DNA from: an uncultured Candidatus Saccharibacteria bacterium
Lineage (GTDB): Bacteria; Patescibacteriota; Minisyncoccia; Phycocordibacterales; CAIRYW01
Direction of reading: 5' to 3'
Length of the DNA stretch: 48,952 bases
Assembly: GCA_964577785.1 (NCBI GenBank)
Contig: CAZOAK010000003.1
Span: forward strand, 1-48,952
Shown: piece after piece, positions 34,256-44,800 of the stretch
Layout of the letters: each line of letters opens with the position of its first letter
How positions within the stretch are numbered: position 1 is the stretch's first letter
The notes under the pieces: generated by a model
The model's database searches: none
The model's input: the letters and a program-made list of their open reading frames with translations, nothing else
What the model was told of the DNA's origin: nothing
Position numbers and translations under genes: made by a program

Positions 34256-37200
34256 GGATGCTAGCTCTGGGGTCGGTTCTGGGGCTTGTTCGGGTTCCGG
34301 TGTAGGATCTGGTGTTAGTTCTGGCAGAGGTTCAGTTTTAGGAGTAGGATCAGGTTCAGATGTTGGTTCTTCTTCAAGTTCCGCTACTTCTGGATCAGGT
34401 TCTGGTTCAGAAGTTGCTTCTGGCTCCGGTATTGGTTCAGGATCTGGAGAAGGGCTAGGAGTAGTAATTGTCTGTCCAGCATTTTGGAGAAGAGAATCAA
34501 GTTGTGATTTTGTGATACATGTCTCTCCACTATCCTCATTACCTACACAGAGAGTTTCTTGATGAGAGGTATTAGCGAAGAAGTGTTGAATTCCATTCTC
34601 AGCACTTGCTAGCCACTCTGTTACATGCCTGTAAACAGAATCAAAGAAACTTTCAGCAAAAGAAATTGATGCAGGAGTACTTAATGCTGTAGATGATGCA
34701 ATAGTATTTAAATTAAGACTAATTGCTTTGATACCAAGAAGTGCGATTCCAGCCGGATCAATTGTTGAAATAGCGGTGTCAGATCCACCAAGTCCAAATG
34801 TAGCAAAAAAATCTTGTGCCATAGGACCTATATGCATAGTGTCCTGTGTTTCGGATTTGTAATTCCACTGTGTTATTGGTAACGTACTTATTTTTTCTAA
34901 AATAGAATTCTCATCTACTTCTTGAAAATTTTCTTTTAGATTTCTATCCGAAGCATTAGTCCAAGTTCCCCCAGTTGTTACGTATGCACCAGAAGCGAGA
35001 CTTAGAGGTCCTAGGTATGGAGTGGTGGTACCGATGCCGACGTTGCCAGCACTCGAAACAACCAAAGTATCTCTCCCAGATCCACTAATAACGCTAAACA
35101 ATGTACGGTCCTTTAAAGGATTTGATACTGTACCACCTCCACTATACACACCATCAACAGTAATTGAATTAGAAGTAATTGCTGTAACATTAAAAATTCT
35201 TCCTTCAAAACCAATAGCAGATCCAGGTTGATAATGCGCTCTTAAATCAGCAGATGTTGTAAAAGTACTTTGACCGTCTACACTTGTGACTGTACCTGCG
35301 CTCACCGTATCAGCAAGACTTCCTTTTACACTTAAAACATTTTTTATTGAAGTTGATGCGACTGACGCATCAATAACGTTTACATAACTATCCCAACCAC
35401 TACCAACACCAATATGAATTCTAACATCTGACCATGTTGATCCAACAGAATCTGCGTAGAGTCTCATACCGGTATGATCCTGAAGATTACCTCCAAAACC
35501 AGTATCCGTACCCAATTGAAGAGAATTTCTAGCTGCATCTGTGGGTCCCATGTACCCAATACCAATACCACCTCCACTTATAGAAAGTTTAGTGGTTGGA
35601 CTAACTGTACCGATACCGACGTTGCCCGTATTAAGAATCGTCATTCTTTCTATGGGTGTATTAGGAGTACTCGCTGTAAACACAGAGACACCGGAAGGTA
35701 CTACCGCAATCGCAGCACCACCTGATGAACCAGATTGATAACTGTTATACAAATTGGAAGTCAAAGCAATTCCTTGCCCAAAGTACCAATCTTGTATTTC
35801 TCCCCAACTGTCAACATTACCGCCTGTCCGAATTTTGTATGCTGTATTTGAATATGATCCCGCACCGCCTCGAATAACACCCAAAACATCCAGAGGATGT
35901 GCTGGGCCTACCGTTCCAATCCCCACATTCCCTCCGTTAGTTACAATAAGTTGAGTTGCAGTTGAAGAGCCGACGACAAAGGATGGTCCTGAAATTCCGT
36001 TTGGATTTACTGAGAGTAGTCCCCACGGAGTTGTGGTGCCAATGCCGACGTTGCCATTAGACCCCACAACCATTCGAACTAATCCAGATTGGCTCTTGAT
36101 TTGCAAGTCATTTGAACCGTTTGGTTTCAATAACAAAGGACCATCTGTCTGAGTCGCTTTACCCAACCATATCCCGGCCTGCATATCCTCAAACCCAGAC
36201 TGCTCCGGAGAAACACGCAGGATTCCTGTTTCGTCATTCTGTCCACCGAGCATGGCGACACCACTAAGCCAATAACTATTATTTGCATAGACTTTGTTTA
36301 TTCTATTGCCACTAAATGAACCAATTTCATAAGTACCAGCTACACTTGGAATAATATTCCCTCCCAAATTAATTTGCCCGTTATCTAGAATTGAAAAATT
36401 TTCTACGTTACTTGAATTTGCAACTACAAGTGCCCTATCTGTACCCGTTCCACTTCCTGTGACCGCGAATTTTGCAGATGGTGTAGTTGTCCCGATGCCA
36501 ACGTAACCGTTTTTATTTATCCTCATCACTTCGTTTAAATACCCTCCATCTGCTGTGCTAAAAACTAAGTCTGTAGGAACAGTTAAATTACTCCCTCCTG
36601 ATTGAATAGCCTTAATGGAAGCACCATTTTGGAAATAGTCGCCACCATTTCTTACACCGTAAAAATTAATCGCTCCCAAAACTTCATTAATAATTGTTGT
36701 ACCCGACAATGATCCATTTGTATTTATAGAATTATTATGAGACTTAGTAAAGGACAAAGATGAAGTATTACTTGAGTCAGATGAGTAACTAGCAATAATA
36801 ACGCTAGAATCTGATGCTGACTTAGTGATATCTAAATTGCCTGTAGGTGCTGTGGTCCCAATCCCCACATTCCCCGTATTGTAATAAATATCAGAACCAG
36901 AACTCGTCCACTGACTTGATATATTACTCGCCCACTCTGTAGTACTAGCTGTTAGAGGAATGACATATCCATCTTCTAGAGTAAGTGCGAGAGTACCAGA
37001 TGTTTCAATAGGTCCACCAGAAACAGAGAGACCTGTAGGTGCGGACATATCAATACTTGTTACAGTTCCTTTGGGTGAATTATCAGAAGTTTTGTAAATA
37101 CTTTCTGATGTTCGATATTCTGATCTGTTAATTAAACTCTTGAGATATTCAACTGTCGAAGCATTCATTGATATTAATTCTGTACGGAGAGAGTCTACGG

Positions 37201-37669
37201 AACTTGGGACATACACTGGGTATGAAGATCTCTCGATAATCCTCTCAGTGATTGTGTTTGTTCCAGGTAGAACCTGTGTACTTGGTTTAGAAACAACAGG
37301 TTGAGTTGAGGTTGCATTTGGACTTGCAATGTTTTTAGAAAATAAAGGAACAAAGTAATCAGAGAGTCTATCAAGAAAGTTTGAGAGGACTCCGCCAGCG
37401 CTAGCTGTTTGGCTAGAAGTATTTTTAGTAGCTACCACTCTGACAATGACATCGCTCCAGAAATCTGCAGTCCGAAGAATTGAATATTCCGCTGATTCTA
37501 AGATTTCATTACCTATATCTGTATAGAAAGTGATAATATCTGAGACAGGATTGTAGGCATTACCTGCATGAACGTTAATGGGTAGAGACGCGAAAAATAG
37601 TAAGGAAATATAAAAAATAATTGTGCGTGAAAAAACTCGCATTTGGAGTAATTTTACCATAGAAAACAA
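34253..37669 (-). CDS. secreted tail-fibre-like repeat protein with a peptidase-S74 intramolecular chaperone domain and a Pro/Glu-rich tail
   Basis: Signal-like MRVFSRTIIFYISLLFFASLPINVHA. Six G(N/Y)VGIGT(T/V)xP repeats. SDRNLKEN..WNYK..HIGPMAQDF..L.LN matches S74. The start may be 37642. Confidence 0.85.
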   Translation of the reverse strand: MFSMVKLLQMRVFSRTIIFYISLLFFASLPINVHAGNAYNPVSDIITFYTDIGNEILESAEYSILRTADFWSDVIVRVVATKNTSSQTASAGGVLSNFLDRLSDYFVPLFSKNIASPNATSTQPVVSKPSTQVLPGTNTITERIIERSSYPVYVPSSVDSLRTELISMNASTVEYLKSLINRSEYRTSESIYKTSDNSPKGTVTSIDMSAPTGLSVSGGPIETSGTLALTLEDGYVIPLTASTTEWASNISSQWTSSGSDIYYNTGNVGIGTTAPTGNLDITKSASDSSVIIASYSSDSSNTSSLSFTKSHNNSINTNGSLSGTTIINEVLGAINFYGVRNGGDYFQNGASIKAIQSGGSNLTVPTDLVFSTADGGYLNEVMRINKNGYVGIGTTTPSAKFAVTGSGTGTDRALVVANSSNVENFSILDNGQINLGGNIIPSVAGTYEIGSFSGNRINKVYANNSYWLSGVAMLGGQNDETGILRVSPEQSGFEDMQAGIWLGKATQTDGPLLLKPNGSNDLQIKSQSGLVRMVVGSNGNVGIGTTTPWGLLSVNPNGISGPSFVVGSSTATQLIVTNGGNVGIGTVGPAHPLDVLGVIRGGAGSYSNTAYKIRTGGNVDSWGEIQDWYFGQGIALTSNLYNSYQSGSSGGAAIAVVPSGVSVFTASTPNTPIERMTILNTGNVGIGTVSPTTKLSISGGGIGIGYMGPTDAARNSLQLGTDTGFGGNLQDHTGMRLYADSVGSTWSDVRIHIGVGSGWDSYVNVIDASVASTSIKNVLSVKGSLADTVSAGTVTSVDGQSTFTTSADLRAHYQPGSAIGFEGRIFNVTAITSNSITVDGVYSGGGTVSNPLKDRTLFSVISGSGRDTLVVSSAGNVGIGTTTPYLGPLSLASGAYVTTGGTWTNASDRNLKENFQEVDENSILEKISTLPITQWNYKSETQDTMHIGPMAQDFFATFGLGGSDTAISTIDPAGIALLGIKAISLNLNTIASSTALSTPASISFAESFFDSVYRHVTEWLASAENGIQHFFANTSHQETLCVGNEDSGETCITKSQLDSLLQNAGQTITTPSPSPDPEPIPEPEATSEPEPDPEVAELEEEPTSEPDPTPKTEPLPELTPDPTPEPEQAPEPTPELAS
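34709..34951 (-). other. peptidase-S74 (endosialidase-type intramolecular chaperone) domain region
   Basis: The Ser of SDRNLK is encoded at 34949-34951, 232 residues from the C-terminus. Confidence 0.7.
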
Positions 37670-37751
37670 TAGTTTTTTAAGATTTTGGGGTGGGGATAAC
37701 TAAATTTGAAGTAAAGGTAAAAAGTGGGTAGTAAAAAATTGATTATAAAAA

Positions 37752-37784
37752 ATAGTTGTAGGTAGTCCGACCTCCTACAACTAT
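37752..37784 (-). terminator. intrinsic terminator downstream of RAYT-2
   Basis: ATAGTTGTAGG / 11-nt loop / CCTACAACTAT. The minus strand follows it with UUUUUAUAAUC. Confidence 0.6.
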
Positions 37785-37812
37785 TCAATAGTCAATCGAG
37801 CAAATTCTTCTG

Positions 37813-37841
37813 AATTTGGCGAGGTTTAACCTCGCCAAATT
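37813..37841. repeat. REP-2 palindromic element, copy A (29-nt perfect palindrome)
   Basis: AATTTGGCGAGGTT-T-AACCTCGCCAAATT. Ends 1 nt before the RAYT-2 stop codon. Confidence 0.8.
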
Positions 37842-38522
37842 TTAAATTCTAAACGATTCCTCGCTATTTTCCATCCAAAAATCCATCATTTTATCAAACT
37901 TTTTAACATTTTCAAAATACTTTGGGAACTCTTCCCTATTTAGTATTTGATTCTCAAGTCTCTCCTCACCTAAATAATCCATGTAGCTTGAGTATTTAAA
38001 TTCTTTAACAAACTTCTTGGCTTTAAATATATTTTCGATTTTTTTATTTTTCCAACCTTTATCAATAATTGCTATTGAGTTTAAATGTATATATGAATAA
38101 GAATATTTGAGATAGATATCAGAGTCAATATGTTTTGCTTTAAAAGTCCCCGCAAAAAGAGCTCCGCTTCTTTTGTATTTTTTATTAAAATACATTGTAT
38201 ATGCTGTTGAAAGTTTTTGCATAAATAATGATATGCCACCTTCAACATTCTCCTTAATCAAAATATGAAAATGATTTGGCATCAGACACCATACCCCAAT
38301 AGACACCAGCCGTTGCCCACGATCCATTTTTATAATCTTTTCAAGAGACCACTCGTCATGAGAATGTTTCGACAATTCAAAATTATTTTGAGAATTAGAA
38401 ATAAACAAAAGACAAACAAATCTTTCATAATCTCGCACATCTGAAAAAATAATTCTTTTATCAACACCTCGATTATAAATGTGATAATATTCATTCTCCG
38501 AAATTTTAATTTTTCTGGACAT
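37842..38522 (-). mobile_element. RAYT-type HUH/Y1 (IS200-like) transposase homologue 2
   Basis: YYHIYNRGVDKR, LMPNHFHILIKE (HUH) and YSYSYIHLN (Tyr motif). Confidence 0.75.
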
Positions 38523-38551
38523 GTTTTAGTTAATTGGGTTAGGAGATTGCT

Positions 38552-38570
38552 GGCGAGGTTTAACCTCCCT
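38552..38570. repeat. REP-2, copy B (one mismatch)
   Basis: GGCGAGGTTTAACCTCCC, about 30 nt upstream of the RAYT-2 ATG. Confidence 0.65.
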
Positions 38571-38598
38571 TAAGTTAATTATTTCACGTAATATCAGG

Positions 38599-38621
38599 AT
38601 CCACAACCTTTTGTTGTGGAT
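38599..38621. repeat. separate 9-bp perfect hairpin
   Basis: ATCCACAAC / CTTTT / GTTGTGGAT. Confidence 0.5.
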
Positions 38622-38630
38622 TAAAGGTTT

Positions 38631-38649
38631 GGTGAGGTTTAACCTCGCC
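38631..38649. repeat. REP-2, copy C (one mismatch)
   Basis: GGTGAGGTTTAACCTCGCC. Confidence 0.65.
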
Positions 38650-38668
38650 AATTTTTTATCATAACAAC

Positions 38669-38701
38669 AAACAGCACCGCGACAAAGTCGCGGTGCTGTT
38701 T
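38669..38701 (-). terminator. rpoD terminator
   Basis: AAACAGCACCGCGAC / AAA / GTCGCGGTGCTGTTT. Confidence 0.7.
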
Positions 38702-38743
38702 AAATCTATCTTTTTACTTCTTACTTTTTCCTTTTTATTTTCT

Positions 38744-40015
38744 TTAGTAATTTCTCAAACGAGAGACTTTTTCGTGGCCTCGGATTTTATCTAGGGCTTT
38801 TGCTTCAATCTGTCGGATACGCTCTCTTGTCACTCCAAAAGTTTTACCTACTTCTTCAAGTGTGTGTTGAATACCGTCCATTAGTCCGTGACGCATTTCA
38901 AGAATTCGGCGTTCCTTTTCTGAAAGATCATTTAAAATTTCTTTAACTTGATCACCTAGAATTTTTTGTGAAGTTTCTTGATCCGGAGAAGGAATCTTTT
39001 CATCTGCAATAAAGTCTCCGAACGTTGTTTTGTCATCCCCATCATCTCCTACCGGAGTATCAAGTGATACTGTCGCTTGATCAATCTTTTCTATTTGGTA
39101 TACCTTATCTACATCAAGACCCATCTCAACCGCAATCTCGTCAGGCATTGGATCACGTCCGAGATCTTGTGAAAGTCTTCGTACAACTTGTTTGTATTTA
39201 GCAATTGTTTCAACCATGTGCACAGGTACTCTAATTGTTCTTGATTGATCAGCAAGCGCACGAGTGATTGATTGTCTAATCCACCAAGTAGCATATGTAG
39301 AGAATTTATAACCTTTAGTCCAATCAAATTTATCCACAGCTTTAAATAGACCAAGATTCCCTTCTTGAATTAGATCGAGTAGAGTTAGATCCGCACTTCG
39401 TCCCACATACTTTTTAGCAATAGATACCACAAGGCGAAGGTTTGCTTTAGCCAAAAGATTTTTTGCCTCTTCATCGCCAAGTTGAATTCTCCGGGCAAGA
39501 TCCTTTTCCTCTCCTGCATGAATTAGAGGATACTGTCCAATCTCTTTTAGGTACATTTGAATAGAATCGTGTCCCTCACCTTTACCTCCTGCATATTTTT
39601 TCAAAAATTCATCTTCGTCAGTATGAACTTCTAAAAGTCCTCCTCCTTCCAAAATATCAACTCCAGATGAACTGAATTTCTCATATAGTTCATCAAGGAA
39701 CATCACATCGTCTTCAATAGTCGGAAACTCCTTCAAAATATCATCGTAAGTCACGAATCCGCGAGCCCGTCCTTTTATCAAAAGATTTTCAAGCTTTTTA
39801 CCTGCATCTTCTTTCTTGGCAGCAACCTTCTTTGTGATTGGCTTTGGTGCTTGTTTAACTGACTTTTTTGCCACCTTATTCTTGGCTGGTTTTGCTTTTT
39901 TAACTACCTGCTTTTTCGCCACCTTTTTTTTGGGCTTACTTTTCAATACTTTCTTGACTACCTTTTTGGCGGGTTTTTTAGATTTGGACACTTTTTTTGT
40001 TATTTTCTTTTTCAT
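38744..40015 (-). CDS. rpoD: primary sigma-70 factor with a Lys-rich N-terminal extension
   Basis: Regions 2-4 are recognisable ([50 protein letters not shown]). Confidence 0.95.
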   Translation of the reverse strand: MKKKITKKVSKSKKPAKKVVKKVLKSKPKKKVAKKQVVKKAKPAKNKVAKKSVKQAPKPITKKVAAKKEDAGKKLENLLIKGRARGFVTYDDILKEFPTIEDDVMFLDELYEKFSSSGVDILEGGGLLEVHTDEDEFLKKYAGGKGEGHDSIQMYLKEIGQYPLIHAGEEKDLARRIQLGDEEAKNLLAKANLRLVVSIAKKYVGRSADLTLLDLIQEGNLGLFKAVDKFDWTKGYKFSTYATWWIRQSITRALADQSRTIRVPVHMVETIAKYKQVVRRLSQDLGRDPMPDEIAVEMGLDVDKVYQIEKIDQATVSLDTPVGDDGDDKTTFGDFIADEKIPSPDQETSQKILGDQVKEILNDLSEKERRILEMRHGLMDGIQHTLEEVGKTFGVTRERIRQIEAKALDKIRGHEKVSRLRNY

Positions 40016-40058
40016 ATTAATAAAATTTTTGATAATTATTTTTAAATTTAATCATCTT

Positions 40059-41744
40059 TTAAGTTGATTTATATTTATCATTGAGTTTTGATAGTTTTAA
40101 AGACACTTCTTGGCAATGCTTTAGCTCATTTTCAATACCAATCATATCATGGATTGATTCAAGTTTTTTGAGTCTTTCCATAGTTTTGGTGAAATCTTCT
40201 TTCAAAACATCTTCTTCAAAATGATGCAAAAGTTCCCGTCCGACCAACGTAACATCTTTTGTATCTCCATACTGTATTTCTATTTCAAATAATAATTTAT
40301 TCCTTTCGTCCTCACCCTGTGGTATTAAAGTTTCAAAATCTGTATCTATTTCACCCAACTTTTTTTTAAATTCATCTCGATAATTATCTGATTTTGATAA
40401 TAAGTATAAATAGAAGCTGACTGCTTTTGGTACCTTGATTTGATTAGTTCTATTTGGGAGTCTAATTTCATTTTCCTTCACATCCTCATCTTTTATCTTG
40501 TTTAATTCTTCGGTCAAAGCATGTTCACTAATGCCAGAAACAAAACTGGCCTTTTGTAAAAATCTAGACCTGTCTATTGCACTCTGAACATATTTAATAA
40601 GAGGCAAAACTTTTTCTTTTAAAATCTTGTCGGCAAGACCCCTATCTTTTTCCGATTCCATGTTCTGAATAAAATAGTCGATTATATTTTGAGCATTCTT
40701 TATTGCATCACTCCAAATATTCTTATCCTTTGCTATAGCATCTGCAGGATCCAATCCTTGTTGCAAAAAAACAACTTTTGTCTCAAAACCTTGTGACAAA
40801 GCGAGCTTCCATGCACGAAGTGTTGCATTCCTCCCAGCATTATCAGCATCATAAGCAATAACAATTGTATCAGTTAACCTCTTAAGAATTTCTAGATGCC
40901 CAGAAGTTAGAGCAGTTCCTGATGATGCTACGGTATTACTAAATCCTGCCTGATGAGACATCAATAAATCCATCTGACCCTCAACCAAAATAACAAATTG
41001 GTTTTGCTTAATAGAAATTTTTGCAACATTATATCCATATAATGTTTTTGATTTATCAAACAAAGGAGTGTCAGGACTGTTTAGATATTTCGCTTCCTCG
41101 TCCTTTGCATGAAGTATTCTCCCGGAAAATGCAATAACTCGTCCAGCCGTATCAAATATTGGAAACATAATTCTGTCTCTGAATCTGTCGTAACTCTCGC
41201 CTTTTTCATTTTCTTTTATAACACCCGCATCAAGCATCTCTTTATCTGCATAACCCTTTGTCTTTAAATACATTTTCAAAGATCTCCAATCATTCTGTGC
41301 ATATCCAAGCCTCCATGCGCGGAGAGTTTCTATACTTAAATTTCTCTTTTGTAGATATGATAAAGCTTCATTATTATCCTTCAAATTATTTTGAAAAAAC
41401 TTTGTAGTTTCTTCTAAAATATCAAAAATTCTATTGTCTGAACCACCATCCTTACCCTCAAATCTCTCTATAACAACACCAGCTCTGTCAGCAAGCATTT
41501 TAAGTGAAGTTAAAAAATCTACTCCCTCAAATTCCTGAACAAAACTAAAAATGTCACCTTTTACTGCACACCCAAAACAATAGTAACTTTGTCTATCTGG
41601 AGAAATATAAAAAGACGCTGTCTTTTCATGGTGAAAAGGACATTTTGCTTTAAAATTCGCTCCACTTTTTTCAATAGTAATATAAGAAGATATGACATCC
41701 ACTATGCCAAGTCGCTCCTTTATTTTTTGGACTGTTGTTGACAT
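40059..41744 (-). CDS. dnaG: DNA primase
   Basis: Zinc ribbon CPFHHEKTASF..CFGC and the Toprim motifs EGQMD and YDADNAG. Confidence 0.93.
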   Translation of the reverse strand: MSTTVQKIKERLGIVDVISSYITIEKSGANFKAKCPFHHEKTASFYISPDRQSYYCFGCAVKGDIFSFVQEFEGVDFLTSLKMLADRAGVVIERFEGKDGGSDNRIFDILEETTKFFQNNLKDNNEALSYLQKRNLSIETLRAWRLGYAQNDWRSLKMYLKTKGYADKEMLDAGVIKENEKGESYDRFRDRIMFPIFDTAGRVIAFSGRILHAKDEEAKYLNSPDTPLFDKSKTLYGYNVAKISIKQNQFVILVEGQMDLLMSHQAGFSNTVASSGTALTSGHLEILKRLTDTIVIAYDADNAGRNATLRAWKLALSQGFETKVVFLQQGLDPADAIAKDKNIWSDAIKNAQNIIDYFIQNMESEKDRGLADKILKEKVLPLIKYVQSAIDRSRFLQKASFVSGISEHALTEELNKIKDEDVKENEIRLPNRTNQIKVPKAVSFYLYLLSKSDNYRDEFKKKLGEIDTDFETLIPQGEDERNKLLFEIEIQYGDTKDVTLVGRELLHHFEEDVLKEDFTKTMERLKKLESIHDMIGIENELKHCQEVSLKLSKLNDKYKST

Positions 41745-41791
41745 TTAGTTGATTACTTCAATTCAATTTACAAATTTGATAATTGAACCTG

Positions 41792-41824
41792 GGGCAGAAA
41801 TTTTCCTGAAGAAAATTTCTGCCC
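41792..41824 (-). terminator. 14-bp perfect hairpin after rpoC with no clear U-tract, possibly an attenuator or processing site
   Basis: GGGCAGAAATTTTC / CTGAA / GAAAATTTCTGCCC. Confidence 0.4.
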
Positions 41825-41839
41825 ATCACCCTCCCCTAA

Positions 41840-44800
41840 CTACTCAACAAAAGCTTCGTCAGTAAATGTAGCCTTTAAGTCATCAATCATTTTAGCTTTC
41901 TCGCTACCTTTGAATCCTGAACCAGCAGGAATAAGTCTTCCAAGAATAACGTTCTCCATAAGTCCTTTGAGTTCGTCTTTTGCACCTTCAACTGATGCTT
42001 GAATAAGTACACGAGTAGTGTGTTGGAATGATGCTGCAGACAAGAAACTCTGTCTTGATAGTGACACATCAGTGATTCCAAGTACGATTGACTCACCTTT
42101 TGCTTCCTCTCCTCCATTTGCTCGTACCTTTTCATTTTCTTCATCAAGCTGAGATGATTCTACAGTTTCCCCCACAACAAGTGCAGTATTACCAATAGAT
42201 TTTATTTTTACTCTTGAGAACATTTGGCGAACAATTATTTCAATATGCTTTCGTGACACAGGCTCTCCTTGAAGTTCATAAAGTTTTTTGATTTCACCAA
42301 TGATGTATTCTTCAGCTTTATTCTTTCCAGCATTTTTAAATAGTTCATCAATATCTGCAGAACCGTCAGTTATGACATCACCTTTCTTAACATTGTCGCC
42401 TATTTTTACAAATGGTACACGAATTCTTGGGACCACATATTCGCCATTTTCTTTTTTAGCGAGTTTTTTACCTGTCTTTTCACCAAGTTCTGCTGTAATT
42501 GTAATAATTTTTTCTTTTCCATTATCTTGAATATCTGTAACGACTCCATCAGCATAAGCAACCACCGCAGGAGTTTTAGGTCGTCTCTTTTCAAACACTT
42601 CTTCCACACGAGGAAGACCTTGAGTAATGTCTCCTCCAACTGACGCAGCACCTCCTCCGTGGAAAGTACGCATAGTCAACTGTGTTCCTGGCTCTCCAAT
42701 AGCCTGAGCTGCAACTGTACCGACAGCCTCACCTAAATCAACTTGTTTATTTCTACCAAGATCCATTCCATAACACATTGAACAGATTCCTTCGTGAGAT
42801 TTACATGTCAAAGGTGATCTTACGAACACTTCCTCCACACCAGACTTTTCAATCATCTCTGAATCAAGTCCTGAAAGTAGATGTCCTTTTTCAAATAATG
42901 TTTTTCCTCCTCCATCCTTAACATCATTTAAAAGTACTCTACCTTTAATACTTTTTGAGATTGGTGATTCGATACCTGATGCAGTTTCTTTACAAAGCTT
43001 TATTCCTTCTTTTGTTCCACAATCCATCTGCGTAATCAAAACATCCTGAGCAGCAACGAATAGTCTTCGAGTTAAATACCCCGCCTTTGCAGTGTTCAAT
43101 GCTGTATCGGCTAGACCCTTACGTGATCCATGAGTGTTAATGAAATATTCAATTGGGTTAAATCCTTCTTTTGTAGAAGATAAAATTGGTAATTCCATAG
43201 TTTCTCCAGATGCGTTTTGAATAAGACCTTTCATACCGGCCATCTGAGTAATCTGCGCCGCACTACCTCGAGCACCAGACTTGAACATTGTATAAACTGA
43301 TCCTTTCTTATCTAGATTTTCTAGAACTACTTTTTCTACCTTACTTTTAACTCCGTGCCAAATTTCAATATTTTTTCTTGTTCTCTCTTCTTCTGAAAGA
43401 AGTCCTTCATTGTACTGTCCTGTCACTTCTTCAGATTTCTTTTTTGCATCGTTAATTATATCCTTCTTAACTTCAGGGACTTTGATATCATCAATACCCC
43501 AAGTAATACCAGACATAGTCACATACTTAAAACCAAACGCTTTAACTTTATCCAATGTTTTTGGTAGATTATCAATTCCATAACGAACCATGAGATCATT
43601 CATTATTGAAGCCATTGTCTTCTTATCAACCTCTTTGTTAACAAAAGGATAATCCACTGGCAAAAGTTCGTTAAATAATATTCTTCCGACAGTTGTCTCA
43701 AAGTGTTTATCTCCAATGTCTTTGAACTTTTCTCGCAGACTCTCTTCTTGGGGAGCAATAACAGTTATTTTTGCACGATAAGAAATTTCACGGAAGTTCA
43801 ATGCACAAATAGCACTTTGGAATGATTCGAAATATTTACCTTCACCTTTTTCTCCTTCTACAATTGAAGTCATCCAATAACATCCAAGCACAATATCAAG
43901 CTTGTCCACTGATGCAATCAAATTACCTGATCCTGGCTTTAGAATGTTTTTGTCGGCTGACATAATATTCTTTGCCTCTAACTGAGCTTCAAGTGAAAGT
44001 GGAACGTGAACCGCCATAGTATCTCCATCGAAGTCAGCGTTAAAAGCTGTACATACGAGTGGGTGTACTCGGATAGCACTACCTTCGATAAGTATTGGTT
44101 TGAAAGCCTGGATACCAAGTCTGTGAAGTGTAGGCGCACGGTTTAGAAGTACATATTTTTCTTTGATCACATCTTCTAGAATTGCCCATACTTCTGGAAT
44201 ACCTTCTTCAATAAGTCGAGATGCTCCGCGAATGTTATAAGCTAATTCTTGTTTCAAGATTTCAGCGATAACGAACGGTCGAAACATTTCAAGTGCCATA
44301 TGTTTTGGAAGACCACATTGATTTAAGTCTAGTTCAGGACCAACAACGATTACAGAACGTCCAGAATAATCCACTCGCTTACCAAGAAGGTTTTGTCGGA
44401 ACAATCCTCTTTTACCCTTTAAGTTATCAGAAAGTGATTTCAACACTCTTCTCTGTGCTGCTCCAGCACCAGCATATGCAGCATTCCCATGTCTCTGTGA
44501 ACTATCAATAAGTGCGTCCACCGCTTCTTGAAGAATTCTTTTTTCATTTCGAAGAATTACCTCTGGCGCATGAATTTCTTTTAGTTTTTTTAGACGATTA
44601 TTTCTGTTTATAACTCTTCGATACAGATCGTTTACATCTGTTGTCGCATGTCGTCCACCATCGAGAGCAACCATCGGTCGTAGTGCCGCAGGAATAACAG
44701 GAAGTGCAGTGATAAACATCCATTCAGGTCGAATTCCCGAAGCAAGCATATTTTTTAGTACAGCCAATCTTTTATTTATTTTTTCTCTTTCCTGTGAATT

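Noticed and set aside
35022-35954. Plus-strand ORFs antisense to the giant gene, and similar antisense ORFs in rpoB, rpoC, typA, metK and the helicase
   Set aside because: They are short, compositionally skewed mirror images of well-supported genes with no independent signals.
34253-37669. Prophage tail-fibre gene or DGR target
   Set aside because: No capsid, terminase, tail or integrase genes flank it. No reverse transcriptase or template-repeat copy of its C-terminal region is visible in the window.
33374-38650. CRISPR array formed by the repeated palindromes
   Set aside because: Each family has only three copies, with irregular spacing of hundreds of nt and protein genes between them. 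No cas genes are present apart from a Cas4-like nuclease domain fused to a helicase.
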